DNA from: Patescibacteria group bacterium
GTDB lineage: Bacteria; Patescibacteriota; Microgenomatia; UBA1400; CG1-02-47-37
Reading direction: 5' to 3'
NCBI GenBank assembly: GCA_038065055.1
Contig: JBBTRT010000004.1
Span: 13,677 to 77,676, forward strand
DNA length: 64,000 nt
Every line of letters begins with the position of its first letter. The stretch's first letter is position 1. A program made the translations under genes and the position numbers. Below, piece after piece: positions 31,430 through 40,690 of the stretch. The notes under the pieces are model-generated. The model worked only from the letters and a program-made list of their open reading frames with translations. It was not told where the DNA came from and ran no database searches.

Positions 31430-31477
31430 TTTCCCCCTTTCCCATATTAAAACATCTGCTATAATCAAACCTATCTA

Positions 31478-31699
31478 ATGGATTCTATTGACAAAATAAC
31501 AGCTGAGGGCGAGGTCATTGAAGCTCTTCCCAACGCTACCTTTAAAGTTAAACTTACTGATTCCGATAAAGTCATTTTCTGTCATTTGGCGGGAAAAATG
31601 CGCCTTTACCGGATTCGGGTTCTTCCCGGCGACCACGTTAAAGTGGAACAGACGCCTTACGACCCCGCCAAGGGCCGTATTGTCTACCGGGATAAATAG
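31478..31699 (+). CDS. infA: Translation initiation factor IF-1
   Basis: [25 protein letters not shown]. Confidence 0.97.
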   Translation: MDSIDKITAEGEVIEALPNATFKVKLTDSDKVIFCHLAGKMRLYRIRVLPGDHVKVEQTPYDPAKGRIVYRDK

Positions 31700-31702
31700 G
31701 TG

Positions 31703-31761
31703 TATAATTATTCTCTTAACAAGGAGAAGTTCTGCCTTATGGCTTTCTCCTTGATTTTTTT
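31703..31761 (+). promoter_or_regulatory. Promoter and hairpin leader of rpmJ-rpsM-rpsK-rpsD-rpoA
   Basis: TATAAT 31703-31708; CAAGGAGAA/TTCTCCTTG stem 31720-31753 followed by ATTTTTTT. Confidence 0.5.
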
Positions 31762-31875
31762 ATGAAAGTACAAGCATCAGTCAAAAAGCGTTGTTTAAAA
31801 TGTAAAATTGTTCGCCGCAAAGGCCGGGTTTATGTCATTTGCTCCAACCCCCGCCATAAACAGCGCCAAGGCTAA
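31762..31875 (+). CDS. rpmJ: 50S ribosomal protein L36 (not in ORF track)
   Basis: Own translation [37 protein letters not shown]. Confidence 0.97.
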   Translation: MKVQASVKKRCLKCKIVRRKGRVYVICSNPRHKQRQG

Positions 31876-31878
31876 ATT

Positions 31879-32295
31879 ATGATCAGAATTTCCGGAATCG
31901 ACTTGCCCCTTAACAAACGCACTGAAATAGCGTTGACTTATCTTTACGGCATTGGCCGGAAAAACGTTCATTTTCTCTTAAAATTAGCCAACGTGGACGG
32001 TAATAAACGCCTCAAAGACTTAAATCAGGACGAAGTCGTCCGCCTCCAAAAAGCCGTCGACACTCTGCCGACTGAAGGTTCCCTTAGAAAAATCGTCATG
32101 GAAAATATCAAGCGTTTAAAACAAATCGGCACTTACCGGGGCCTGCGCCATTCGGCTAAACTGCCGGCCCGCGGCCAGCGCACCCGCCACAATGCCCGCA
32201 CCAAGCGCGGCCGGAGAATGACAGTCGGCGCCCTCAAGAAAGAAGATGCTACCAAAGTTGAAGCCGCTCAGAAAGAAAAAGAGGCCAAAAAATAA
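31879..32295 (+). CDS. rpsM: 30S ribosomal protein S13
   Basis: ALTYLYGIG, YRGLRH, RGQRTRHNART. Confidence 0.98.
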   Translation: MIRISGIDLPLNKRTEIALTYLYGIGRKNVHFLLKLANVDGNKRLKDLNQDEVVRLQKAVDTLPTEGSLRKIVMENIKRLKQIGTYRGLRHSAKLPARGQRTRHNARTKRGRRMTVGALKKEDATKVEAAQKEKEAKK

Positions 32296-32297
32296 CT

Positions 32298-32669
32298 ATG
32301 CCTAAAGCCCCTGTTGCCATCAATCTCCGCTCCGGTTTTATCTATATCACCGCGACTTTTAACAACACTTTAGTTAGTGTGACCGATACCAACGGCAACG
32401 TCGTTGCCTGGGGTTCGACCGGTTCTTCCGGTTTCAAAGGTTCTAGAAAATCCACTCCTTTTGCCGCTACGACCGCTATAGACAGCGTCATTAAAAAAGC
32501 CAAAACTTACGGCCTCACTACCGCTGAAGTTTTCATCAAAGGCCCTGGCCCGGGCCGCGATGCGGTTTTAGGCGTTTTGCGCGCCAGTGGTTTAAAAATT
32601 ACTCAAATTGCCGACGTCACGCCGATGCCTCACAACGGCTGCCGTCCCAAGAAAAGGAAACACGGTTAA
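32298..32669 (+). CDS. rpsK: 30S ribosomal protein S11
   Basis: TFNNT, GSRKSTPFAA, PHNGCRP. Confidence 0.98.
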   Translation: MPKAPVAINLRSGFIYITATFNNTLVSVTDTNGNVVAWGSTGSSGFKGSRKSTPFAATTAIDSVIKKAKTYGLTTAEVFIKGPGPGRDAVLGVLRASGLKITQIADVTPMPHNGCRPKKRKHG

Positions 32670-32672
32670 ACT

Positions 32673-33281
32673 ATGGCTCGCTACACTCGCTCCCGCGCTA
32701 AATTAGTCCGCAACTTTGCCGAAAACATTTTCGGTTTGCCAAAATACGACAAAATTTTAGCCAAAAAACCTTATCATGCCGGCGCTCACGGTAAAAAAAT
32801 GCAGCGCCGCCCCTCTGATTACGGCTTGCAGCTCAAAGAAAAACAAAAATTAAGGGCGATTTACGATGTTGGTGAACGCCAGTTTACTCATTACTACGCC
32901 ACTGCCCGCAAAACCCAAACCGCTACCGGCGAAAAACTCCTGCAAATTCTGGAATCCCGACTGGATAATTTAATCTACCGCGCCGGTTTTGCCGCCTCTC
33001 GTCCTGCCGCCCGCCAGCTGGTTAACCACAACCATGTCTTAATTGATGGCCGCCGGGTCAATGTTCCCTCTTGTATTGTTAAGTTGGAGCAGGTGGTTAG
33101 CTTAAGCCCTAAAACCGCCCAAATGCCGGATGTGGCCAAATTACTCGCCAATAAAGAAATTAATATCCCCAAATGGCTCAAGCGCCAGGCTTTAGCCGCC
33201 AAATTTCTCCGCTTGCCGGAAAGAAGCGAGATCGACACCAACATTCAAGAACAATTAATAGTTGAGTATTACTCAAGATAA
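32673..33281 (+). CDS. rpsD: 30S ribosomal protein S4
   Basis: QLKEKQK, LESRLDN, ARQLVNH, IVEYYSR. Confidence 0.98.
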   Translation: MARYTRSRAKLVRNFAENIFGLPKYDKILAKKPYHAGAHGKKMQRRPSDYGLQLKEKQKLRAIYDVGERQFTHYYATARKTQTATGEKLLQILESRLDNLIYRAGFAASRPAARQLVNHNHVLIDGRRVNVPSCIVKLEQVVSLSPKTAQMPDVAKLLANKEINIPKWLKRQALAAKFLRLPERSEIDTNIQEQLIVEYYSR

Positions 33282-33290
33282 AGGAGATTT

Positions 33291-34202
33291 ATGAAAATAA
33301 ATTTTAAAACCACTGCCATTGCCGAAACAAAAGATTACGGCCAATTCGAATTATCCCCGTTGGAGCCAGGTTACGGCACCACCGTCGGCAATGCCCTGCG
33401 CCGGGTGCTTTTATCCAGCTTGCCCGGAGCCGCGATTACCAGTGCCACGATTAGCGGCGTGACTCATCAATTTACTACCCTTCAGGGCGTTAAAGAAGAC
33501 GTTGTCGAATTATTATTAAACCTAAAACAAGTTCGCTTAAGCTACACCGGTGAAAAACCAATCGAAGTCAGCTTAACCGCCACCGGTCCCGGTAAAGTCA
33601 AGGCAGGGGACATTAAAGTTCCGGCTAACGTCACGATTGTTAACAAAGATTTGATTTTAGCCAATTTAGCGGATAAAAAATCCAAATTGGACGTCAAGTT
33701 GGAAATTAGTTCCGGTTACGGCTATTTGCCTTCCAAAGACCGCCAGCCGAAAAAATTAGGCGAAATTATTTTAGACGCCTCTTTTTCCCCGGTTTTGCGC
33801 GTTAATTTCCGCGTTGAAACCGCCCGGGTTGGCCGCCGCGCTGACTTGGATAAATTAATTTTGGAAATTTTCACCAACGGCGGTTTAAAACCCTCTGTTG
33901 CCCTGGAACAGTCCGCCCAAATTTTAATTGATTCCTTTATTCAAATTGTTTCGCCGACTTTTGAAAAAGAGGAAGCTAGCGAACCGATTGTGGTCGAAGG
34001 AAATGAGGCTTTCCGCTTATCGGTTGAAGAATTAGATTTGCCGACTCGGATTGCCAACTCTCTGCGCAAAGGCGGTTTTACCACGGTTAAAGATTTAGCC
34101 GAAGCCACTTTTAAAGAAGTTTCCCAGGTTAAAAACTTGGGCGGTAAATCAGTGGATATTGTCGTTGCCAAATTAAAAGAGAAAGGCATTGAGTTAAAAT
34201 AA
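33291..34202 (+). CDS. rpoA: RNA polymerase alpha subunit
   Basis: PLEPGYGTTVGNALRRVLLSS, DASFSPV, alpha-CTD NLGGKS. Confidence 0.98.
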   Translation: MKINFKTTAIAETKDYGQFELSPLEPGYGTTVGNALRRVLLSSLPGAAITSATISGVTHQFTTLQGVKEDVVELLLNLKQVRLSYTGEKPIEVSLTATGPGKVKAGDIKVPANVTIVNKDLILANLADKKSKLDVKLEISSGYGYLPSKDRQPKKLGEIILDASFSPVLRVNFRVETARVGRRADLDKLILEIFTNGGLKPSVALEQSAQILIDSFIQIVSPTFEKEEASEPIVVEGNEAFRLSVEELDLPTRIANSLRKGGFTTVKDLAEATFKEVSQVKNLGGKSVDIVVAKLKEKGIELK

Positions 34203-34205
34203 CTT

Positions 34206-34577
34206 ATGCGCCATCAAGTTAAAGGCAGGAAACTGTCCAGAAGCACCCATCAGCGCCAGGCTTTATTCAAAGGCTTGTTAAATTCGTTAATTCGTTACGA
34301 AACGATTAAAACGACCGAAGCTAAAGCCAAATCAATCAAAGGCCAGCTGGATAAAATGATGACTCTGGCCAAAAAAGGCACCTTAGCTGCCCGTCGCCAG
34401 GCATTTGCCTTTTTGACGGATAAAGAAACCGTGCATAAATTATTTACCGAGTTAGCTGACCGTTCTAAAGCCCGGGCCAGCGGTTTTACCCGCTTAGTCC
34501 GCCTTGGCCGTCGTTTAGGCGATAACGCCATGATTACCCGCGTCGAATTTGTCGACAAGAAAGAAGTGAAAAAATGA
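34206..34577 (+). CDS. rplQ: 50S ribosomal protein L17
   Basis: MRHQVKGRKL, IKTTEAKAK, RLGDNA. Confidence 0.97.
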   Translation: MRHQVKGRKLSRSTHQRQALFKGLLNSLIRYETIKTTEAKAKSIKGQLDKMMTLAKKGTLAARRQAFAFLTDKETVHKLFTELADRSKARASGFTRLVRLGRRLGDNAMITRVEFVDKKEVKK

Positions 34578-35011
34578 CCACCTTTGTTACTACCGCCAAA
34601 ACCATCAAACGCGACTGGCACTTAGTTGATGCCAAAGCCCAGGTTTTAGGCCGTATTGCCACTAAAATTGCCACTTTATTGCAGGGCAAAAATAAAGTTT
34701 ATTACACCCCTCAGTTGGATTGCGGCGATTATGTGGTCGTGATTAATTCCGACCAAATCGAGGTTACCGGCCGCAAAGCCTTAAATAAAAAATATTACAG
34801 TCATAGCAATTACCCCGGTGGTTTCAAAACCGTGCCTTATGCCGATCAAATGGCCAAAGACTCCCGCCGCATTATTATCCGGGCCCTAACCAACATGTTG
34901 CCCAAAAATAAATTGCGTCAAGGTCGCCTTAACCGCCTCAAAGTTTTTAAAGATGACCAGCATATTTATCAAGATAAACTTCAGCCAAAGGCTGATACCA
35001 ATAAAAAATGA
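34574..35011 (+). CDS. rplM: 50S ribosomal protein L13
   Basis: WHLVDA, LGRIAT, DCGDYVVVIN, MLPKNKL. Confidence 0.98.
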   Translation: MTTFVTTAKTIKRDWHLVDAKAQVLGRIATKIATLLQGKNKVYYTPQLDCGDYVVVINSDQIEVTGRKALNKKYYSHSNYPGGFKTVPYADQMAKDSRRIIIRALTNMLPKNKLRQGRLNRLKVFKDDQHIYQDKLQPKADTNKK

Positions 35012-35424
35012 ATAAAAAATATCCTAAAAGCGTCAATTACATTCCGGCCATCGGCCGCCGCAAACAGGCCATTGCCCGCATCCGTTTGTTTAAAACTTCC
35101 GGTGAAACTTTAGTTAACGATCAGCCGATTGAAAAATATTTTCCCGGCGCTGTTTTCAAAAGCATTTACTTGGAGCCGTTTATTACTGCCGGGGTCGAGG
35201 GTAAATACCACGCCACCATCAAAGTTTTAGGTTCCGGTAAAAACGGCCAATTAGGCGCCGTTGTTTTAGGTTTAGCCCGCGCCTTAGTGAAATTAAATAC
35301 GGAAAAATTCCGCGTGGTCTTAAAGAAAAAAGGTTTATTAACCCGCGACCCGCGCAAGCGTCAGCGCCGCATGATTGGCATGGGTGGCAAATCCCGCCGC
35401 AAGAAACAATCGCCTAAACGGTAA
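35008..35424 (+). CDS. rpsI: 30S ribosomal protein S9
   Basis: GRRKQAIAR, LTRDPR, QSPKR. Confidence 0.97.
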   Translation: MNKKYPKSVNYIPAIGRRKQAIARIRLFKTSGETLVNDQPIEKYFPGAVFKSIYLEPFITAGVEGKYHATIKVLGSGKNGQLGAVVLGLARALVKLNTEKFRVVLKKKGLLTRDPRKRQRRMIGMGGKSRRKKQSPKR

Positions 35425-35436
35425 ATTTAATCGTAC

Positions 35437-36003
35437 ATGAATTTAGCAGAAAGAATAGCCATACAATCGCCTGAAATAGCACTTTATGAACAATATCTAA
35501 ATGATAAATTAGACGCAGGCCAATTAGAAAGTTTGATAGCGCCGACAACTTTTATCGTCACTAATGAGGCATGCCTCCCGCTTATCAAAACTTGCGCTTT
35601 TGAAGACTTGGTTCGTGAATTACAAAATAATAGTTCCGAAAAAGAACATCCGGAAGGGGTTAATGTTTCTATTGTATTGGATTATGATTTATCAACAGAT
35701 TTATTTTACTTGGAAGTAGGTGATAATGTTACCTATTCAGCAGCTGAATTGAAAGCAATTTTGAAAAACGTTAATTCAAACCATCCGCAAAGAACTGGGA
35801 AAAAAGCCGAAAGGGAGTTAATGAATTCCGCCGCCGATGATGGTTCCGGAATTGTAATGACTAGGAAAAAACTTAAACAATTTGACGGGAAATATAGTTT
35901 TTATGGGACAGAAGATAATCGGATTGTGCAAGTTATCACGATTAATAAAACCATGTTTTTTACTAAAACAAAAACAGTGTTACCCTTATTCCAAACTGAT
36001 TAA
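35437..36003 (+). CDS. Hypothetical protein with degenerate GHKL/HATPase-like motifs
   Basis: ELQNNS (N box), LEVGDN (G1), DGSGIVM (G2); AT-rich. Confidence 0.45.
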   Translation: MNLAERIAIQSPEIALYEQYLNDKLDAGQLESLIAPTTFIVTNEACLPLIKTCAFEDLVRELQNNSSEKEHPEGVNVSIVLDYDLSTDLFYLEVGDNVTYSAAELKAILKNVNSNHPQRTGKKAERELMNSAADDGSGIVMTRKKLKQFDGKYSFYGTEDNRIVQVITINKTMFFTKTKTVLPLFQTD

Positions 36004-36010
36004 ATAAATT

Positions 36011-36025
36011 CCACACCCGGTGTGG
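36011..36025. repeat. REP-like hairpin family B (short copy) between convergent genes
   Basis: CCACACC-C-GGTGTGG. Confidence 0.5.
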
Positions 36026-36050
36026 CATACTCAAGCCACATAAGGATTTT

Positions 36051-36911
36051 CTATAAAATCTCGCTTTTTCGCTCGTCGGTTTTTGTTGGCAAAATATACA
36101 CTTCCCGGTTCATTTCATCCACGCTCACCATTTCCGCCTGCCCGGTAATAATTTTTTCCATAGGCTTACAAACATTGCAGCCGTTGTTCGGGCATTTAAA
36201 GCGGTTAAGTTGCCGCGCTAGCTTCATTTCTTTGGCCAGTTTTAAAATGTTTTCTTCGCTGGTTTTTAGATTTGTTAATTTTTGTTCTGCCGGCTCGCTG
36301 CATCGGTCAATATACCAATAGCTTAATTTTTTCACCTGTCTGGCTTGGGTATTGCTGGCCAAAAGGTAATAAATCGGCAGCTGCAGCGAGTTTTCATTTT
36401 CGTCCTGCTTGCCGGTTTTAAAATCAATGATGTGGACTGCCTCCTCGTTTGCCAGATATTCCATCCAGTCGATTTTCCCGCACAAAATAATATTATCTTT
36501 TTCCGACAGCCAGTAATAGGGCAGTTCCATCTGGATTTTTACTGCCAGATTTTTTAGCGGCCCGGGATTTTGTTCCACCCGCCTCAGCATTTCCTTGCCC
36601 CGTTCTTTATACTTAAACTCTTCGTCTTTGTCTGCAAATCCGCCCTTTTTGCCGCTAATTTTCTGCCAGACGGTTTCCAGCCGGTTCAGTAACGGTTCGC
36701 TAAATCTTTTATCGGTGGCGATGACAGATAAGCTTTCAATTACTTCATGAACCGCTTGCCCTAAAGCTAAGGGCGGGCTCATCAACGTCATTTTCCTGCC
36801 CGTTTTGGGATTTTTGTAAACGTTTTTCAACCAGTACGCCCGCGGGCATTGGCGCCAGTCGCCGATCGAAGAATGCGACACCCACACCGCTGAAAACTTG
36901 TCCTTCACCAT
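36051..36911 (-). CDS. PD-(D/E)XK nuclease (AddB/Cas4-like, 4-Cys cluster)
   Basis: SHSSI...CPRAYW, GKIDW, IIDFKTGK, QLPIY, CPNNGCNVC. Confidence 0.88.
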   Translation of the reverse strand: MVKDKFSAVWVSHSSIGDWRQCPRAYWLKNVYKNPKTGRKMTLMSPPLALGQAVHEVIESLSVIATDKRFSEPLLNRLETVWQKISGKKGGFADKDEEFKYKERGKEMLRRVEQNPGPLKNLAVKIQMELPYYWLSEKDNIILCGKIDWMEYLANEEAVHIIDFKTGKQDENENSLQLPIYYLLASNTQARQVKKLSYWYIDRCSEPAEQKLTNLKTSEENILKLAKEMKLARQLNRFKCPNNGCNVCKPMEKIITGQAEMVSVDEMNREVYILPTKTDERKSEIL

Positions 36912-36912
36912 A

Positions 36913-37242
36913 TTATCTATTTATCCTCACGGCGTAATTAAATTGTAAAAAATATTTTTGCCACTCTTCGGCCGTTGAACGGTACTGATTAATATCCAAA
37001 AACCAATCGCCGAACATTTCTTTACTGCGGCTAACTTCTTTCAGTCTTTTTCGGTTTTTCGGGTCGGCTAAAGTCAATTCAAATAATTCCAGCGCCCGAT
37101 AATAAGCCCCGGTTGCCGTTTTAAAGTCTTTCTGTTTCCAGTTGATCGCTCTGCCGATCTCGCTTCCAATATTGGCCATCTGCTCCATGAGGCTTAATTT
37201 TTGCCATCGTCCACTAGCCAATTCCTGATGTAGATATTTCAT
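36913..37242 (-). CDS. Conserved hypothetical helical protein
   Basis: WQKLSLMEQMANIGSEIGRA; ATGA overlap with upstream gene. Confidence 0.7.
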   Translation of the reverse strand: MKYLHQELASGRWQKLSLMEQMANIGSEIGRAINWKQKDFKTATGAYYRALELFELTLADPKNRKRLKEVSRSKEMFGDWFLDINQYRSTAEEWQKYFLQFNYAVRINR

Positions 37243-37583
37243 GTGGTCACTAATTTATTTACTATTTGCTTGATTTTTTCTCTGATTTTTTCGTCTTCTA
37301 CCCCACGGCTTAAATTATTTTGCCTTGGTCGCAAATTAATCATTGAGTCAAATTCGACAAAATCATCCTGCCCGAATTTTTCCGGATAAAGATTAATTCC
37401 CCACAAATTTTCTTGTTTTGAACCATTTTCCAAAAGCATTATTTCCTCATCCGCGTGCATTTCTGCATCAATTACCATAATTTCTTTTTCCGCATCTACC
37501 ACTGCTTTTACTAATTGGCCGAATCTTGCTTCTGCCGCTTTTTTAATTACTTGAATTGATACGGACCGATTAATTATCTGCAT
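37239..37583 (-). CDS. DUF5674-like protein
   Basis: VKAVVD, HADEE, NLWGINLYP, FDSMINLRP. Confidence 0.7.
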   Translation of the reverse strand: MQIINRSVSIQVIKKAAEARFGQLVKAVVDAEKEIMVIDAEMHADEEIMLLENGSKQENLWGINLYPEKFGQDDFVEFDSMINLRPRQNNLSRGVEDEKIREKIKQIVNKLVTT

Positions 37584-37622
37584 TAATTCTTATTATACTG
37601 TAAAAACTGCTAAAATCAGGCA

Positions 37623-38294
37623 ATGCTTGAGATTATCCATAAGCTTCGTGTATTTGTTAACGAAAATAATAAATTTGGAAATCATGTTGGGATAATTATT
37701 GATGTGGAGAATAATATAAATAAGCACAAGAGGCAAACCATTGCTACAAAACTTGGATTTAGCGAATCTGTTTTTATTAATAAACTTAATCCTGCTAGCG
37801 TTAGCATCTTTAACCCTCAGCGGGAAATTTCATTTGTTGGCCATGCAATGGTTGGTGCAGCCTGGTTTTTAAAGCAATTTCATAATCAAAAAATTAATTT
37901 TATAGATTGTGCCGGTGGACGAATTAAAACATGGGAAGTAAATGGTTTTACCTGGATTCAGGCTGGATTATCGTCAATGCCGCCTTGGCAATTTGAGCAA
38001 CTTAAGGATATTGTAGCAGTTGAGACTTTCCCAACGAAAAAAGCTTTATTAAAAAAACATACTTTTGTGTGGGCTTGGCAGGATAAAAATAAAGGAATAA
38101 TTCGAGCTAGAACTTTTGCGCCGGATTGGGGTATCCCTGAAGATGAAGCCAATGGATCTGGAGCGATGAAATTGTCAGCCAAACTAAGGTCTAAAATCAC
38201 TGTGATTCATGGACAAGGTTCTGTTATCTACGCAAATTTTGCGGGAGCTGGATTAGTTGAAGTTGGCGGTAGAGTTGCTGAGTTGTTAGTATAA
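37623..38294 (+). CDS. PhzF family isomerase
   Basis: FGNH, GFSESVF, EISFVGH, RARTFAP, EDEANGS. Confidence 0.85.
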   Translation: MLEIIHKLRVFVNENNKFGNHVGIIIDVENNINKHKRQTIATKLGFSESVFINKLNPASVSIFNPQREISFVGHAMVGAAWFLKQFHNQKINFIDCAGGRIKTWEVNGFTWIQAGLSSMPPWQFEQLKDIVAVETFPTKKALLKKHTFVWAWQDKNKGIIRARTFAPDWGIPEDEANGSGAMKLSAKLRSKITVIHGQGSVIYANFAGAGLVEVGGRVAELLV

Positions 38295-38301
38295 TCATCT
38301 C

Positions 38302-39213
38302 ATGCCCAATATTTGGCAGAGTTTATCTAAACCTATTTTTTGCCTCGCCCCGATGTTTGGTGCTACTGATTCGGCCTTCCGGCAATTGCTCGCAGAAATT
38401 GGTAAACCCGATTTAATGTTTACCGAATTTATCAATGTCCAGCAAATTTTTTCCCCTGACATTAAAACCACCACCCAACTTTTAAGTTACACCTCCAAGG
38501 AACAGCCCTTAATTGCCCAGCTTTGGGGCTTGGACCCGGAAATGTTTGAAGTTGCGGCCGACTTTATTGTTGACGCTGGTTTTCAGGGAATTGATCTTAA
38601 CTTTGCCTGTCCGGTAAAAGCCGTAGTGAAAAAAGGCAGTGGCGCGGCTTTAATCGACAATCCTGCTTTGGCCGGTCAGATTATTGAGGCTACCCTTAAA
38701 GGCTCCAAGGGCCGTTTGCCGGTCTCAGTTAAAACCCGTATTGGTTATAAAACCATCACCACCGAACCTTGGTTTAAATTTTTGCTTCAGTTTGATTTGG
38801 CCGCCATTTCCGTTCACTGCCGCACTGCCAAGGAAATGTCAGTCGGTCCCACTCACTGGCCCGAAATTACCAAAATTGTGGCTTTAAAAAATAAATTAAA
38901 TCCCAAAACTTTGATTATCGCTAACGGCGATATTTTTTCCCGGGAGATTGCCGCGCAAAGACTTAAAGAAACCGCTATCGACGGCGTCATGATCGGCCGG
39001 GGAACGTTTCATAACCCCTGGATCTTTAATCCTGTTCAAACCCCGAAAACTAAAGCCGAAAAAATTGCCGCTTGGCAACGCCATTTAGAAATTTACCAAA
39101 TCACTTGGGGAAAATTAAAACCGATTCACCCGATGAAACGCTTTGTTAAAATATACTTAAAAGATTTTCCCGGCGCCTTACCCTTGCGCGTCAGTACCAT
39201 GAATTCTTTATGA
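38302..39213 (+). CDS. dus: tRNA-dihydrouridine synthase
   Basis: LAPM, IDLNFACP, VSVKTRIG, ANGDI, GVMIGRG. Confidence 0.93.
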   Translation: MPNIWQSLSKPIFCLAPMFGATDSAFRQLLAEIGKPDLMFTEFINVQQIFSPDIKTTTQLLSYTSKEQPLIAQLWGLDPEMFEVAADFIVDAGFQGIDLNFACPVKAVVKKGSGAALIDNPALAGQIIEATLKGSKGRLPVSVKTRIGYKTITTEPWFKFLLQFDLAAISVHCRTAKEMSVGPTHWPEITKIVALKNKLNPKTLIIANGDIFSREIAAQRLKETAIDGVMIGRGTFHNPWIFNPVQTPKTKAEKIAAWQRHLEIYQITWGKLKPIHPMKRFVKIYLKDFPGALPLRVSTMNSL

Positions 39214-39932
39214 AAAAATTAATCCTACTTATTTTCCTGCTTTTTTTAACCGGCTGTACTCCTCAAAAAAATATCCAATTATCTAGTCCTTCTCCTGCGC
39301 CTTCTCCCCAGCTAATAACCATTACCGTCAATCAGCAAGCCTACTCCTATGTTTACGCTACCATCGACGATTTATCCAGTTTAAAACTTTTCTCCAATCA
39401 TTCCCAAAAACTTTCTTCCCAGGAATTGATTAATCAATATTCCTGTCAAATTTTGGTTAACGGTAATTTTTACGACGAATTTGATCGGCCCTTAGGCTGG
39501 CTGGTGAGCGACGGTCGGGAATTATCCCCGGTGATCAAAAGCGCTTTATTTAACGGCTTTTTATCATTTTCCACCTCTAAGGTGGAAATTTCTGCCTCAC
39601 CTCCTTCAGTCTCTGTTAATTTTGGCCTTCAGTCAGGCCCACTGTTAATCCTGGATCAAAAAATCTTACCTTTAAAAATAAATAACGACGAGTCCCGCCG
39701 TCGGGTTGTGGCAGCGCTTACCGCCAATAATCAGTTAGTTTTTCTGGTAATTAACAGTCCTTTATTAGCCGACGCCCCAGGTGTTGTTTCTGCTATTGGC
39801 CGTCAAATTAATTTGCCTTTTGTTGCCGCTATTAATTTGGATGGCGGTTCTGCCTCGGCTTTTTATTCCCCGGAAGTTTTTCTTAAAGAATATTCTTACA
39901 TCGGCAGTTTTTTTTGCTATACTAATTTATGA
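39210..39932 (+). CDS. Phosphodiester glycosidase (NAGPA) family lipoprotein
   Basis: Lipobox LTGC; NGNFY, QSGPLL, AINLDGGSAS. Confidence 0.8.
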   Translation: MKKLILLIFLLFLTGCTPQKNIQLSSPSPAPSPQLITITVNQQAYSYVYATIDDLSSLKLFSNHSQKLSSQELINQYSCQILVNGNFYDEFDRPLGWLVSDGRELSPVIKSALFNGFLSFSTSKVEISASPPSVSVNFGLQSGPLLILDQKILPLKINNDESRRRVVAALTANNQLVFLVINSPLLADAPGVVSAIGRQINLPFVAAINLDGGSASAFYSPEVFLKEYSYIGSFFCYTNL

Positions 39933-40651
39933 CCAAAATTTTTTCTGCCCTAATTCTTTCTCTCGCTCTTGGTCTAATTATAAAATTTCTTCCCATAACC
40001 TTTGCCCCGCAGGCAACCATTACCGTTACCGGTGAGGCCAAGGCCGATAAAGCCCCGCAAATTGCCCATTTTTCCGCTTCAGTCTTAGTTTTTAATACTG
40101 ATAAGCAAACCGCCGTGAACGAAGTGAATACTAAAATGGAACAATTAGTTAAAAGTTTGAAAGACTTTGGGATTGACGCAAAAGACATTCAAACTCAATC
40201 AGTTTCGGTCAACGAAATTAGCAATGAAATCGAAATTATGATTTATCCGCCCCGTCCCCGAGGCGAATCAACCGGTTGGCAAGCTTCAAATTCAATTACG
40301 ATTACTTTAAGAAATGTTGACCAGGCTTCTGGTTTAACTAATTTATTGCAAAATAGCGGCGCCACTGATGTTTCCGGCCCCAGTTTTTCTTTGGATGACA
40401 CTGCTAAAATTCAAACCGATTTATTAGCCGAAGCCATTGCCGACGCTAAACAAAAGGCTGCCAAAGCCGCCGCCGCCGGCGGCCGCAAGTTGGGCAAGAT
40501 GATTACGGTTTCCGAAGGTTATAGTTACAACCCTACGCCTTTATTCCGCGCCGGTGCCGCCAAAATGAATTCTGCCGAAAGTTCTGCCCTGGTCGAGCCT
40601 GGTACCGAACTCGTTTCCCAAACCGCTACCGTTGTTTTCGAGCTGAAGTAA
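39929..40651 (+). CDS. SIMPL (DUF541) domain protein
   Basis: ITVTGEA, DIQT, AIADAKQKA, VVFEL. Confidence 0.88.
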   Translation: MTKIFSALILSLALGLIIKFLPITFAPQATITVTGEAKADKAPQIAHFSASVLVFNTDKQTAVNEVNTKMEQLVKSLKDFGIDAKDIQTQSVSVNEISNEIEIMIYPPRPRGESTGWQASNSITITLRNVDQASGLTNLLQNSGATDVSGPSFSLDDTAKIQTDLLAEAIADAKQKAAKAAAAGGRKLGKMITVSEGYSYNPTPLFRAGAAKMNSAESSALVEPGTELVSQTATVVFELK

Positions 40652-40652
40652 A

Positions 40653-40681
40653 ATCACACTCCTGGTGTGTGATAGAGGTAA
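40653..40681 (+). repeat. REP-like hairpin family B
   Basis: ATCACAC-TCCTGGT-GTGTGAT + AGAGGTAA tail; near-identical to 53252-53279. Confidence 0.7.
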
Positions 40682-40690
40682 AGTCAATAT

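Noticed and set aside
4351-34621. Numerous antisense and alternate-frame ORFs over rpoBC, fusA, tuf and r-protein genes
   Set aside because: Shadows of codon bias in conserved genes; no motifs or independent signals
36022-36557. Plus-strand ORFs 36022-36321 and 36345-36557
   Set aside because: Antisense to the well-supported nuclease gene
36051-36911. Cas4 / CRISPR-Cas locus
   Set aside because: No cas1/cas2 and no repeat-spacer array seen in the window; stand-alone PD-(D/E)XK nuclease
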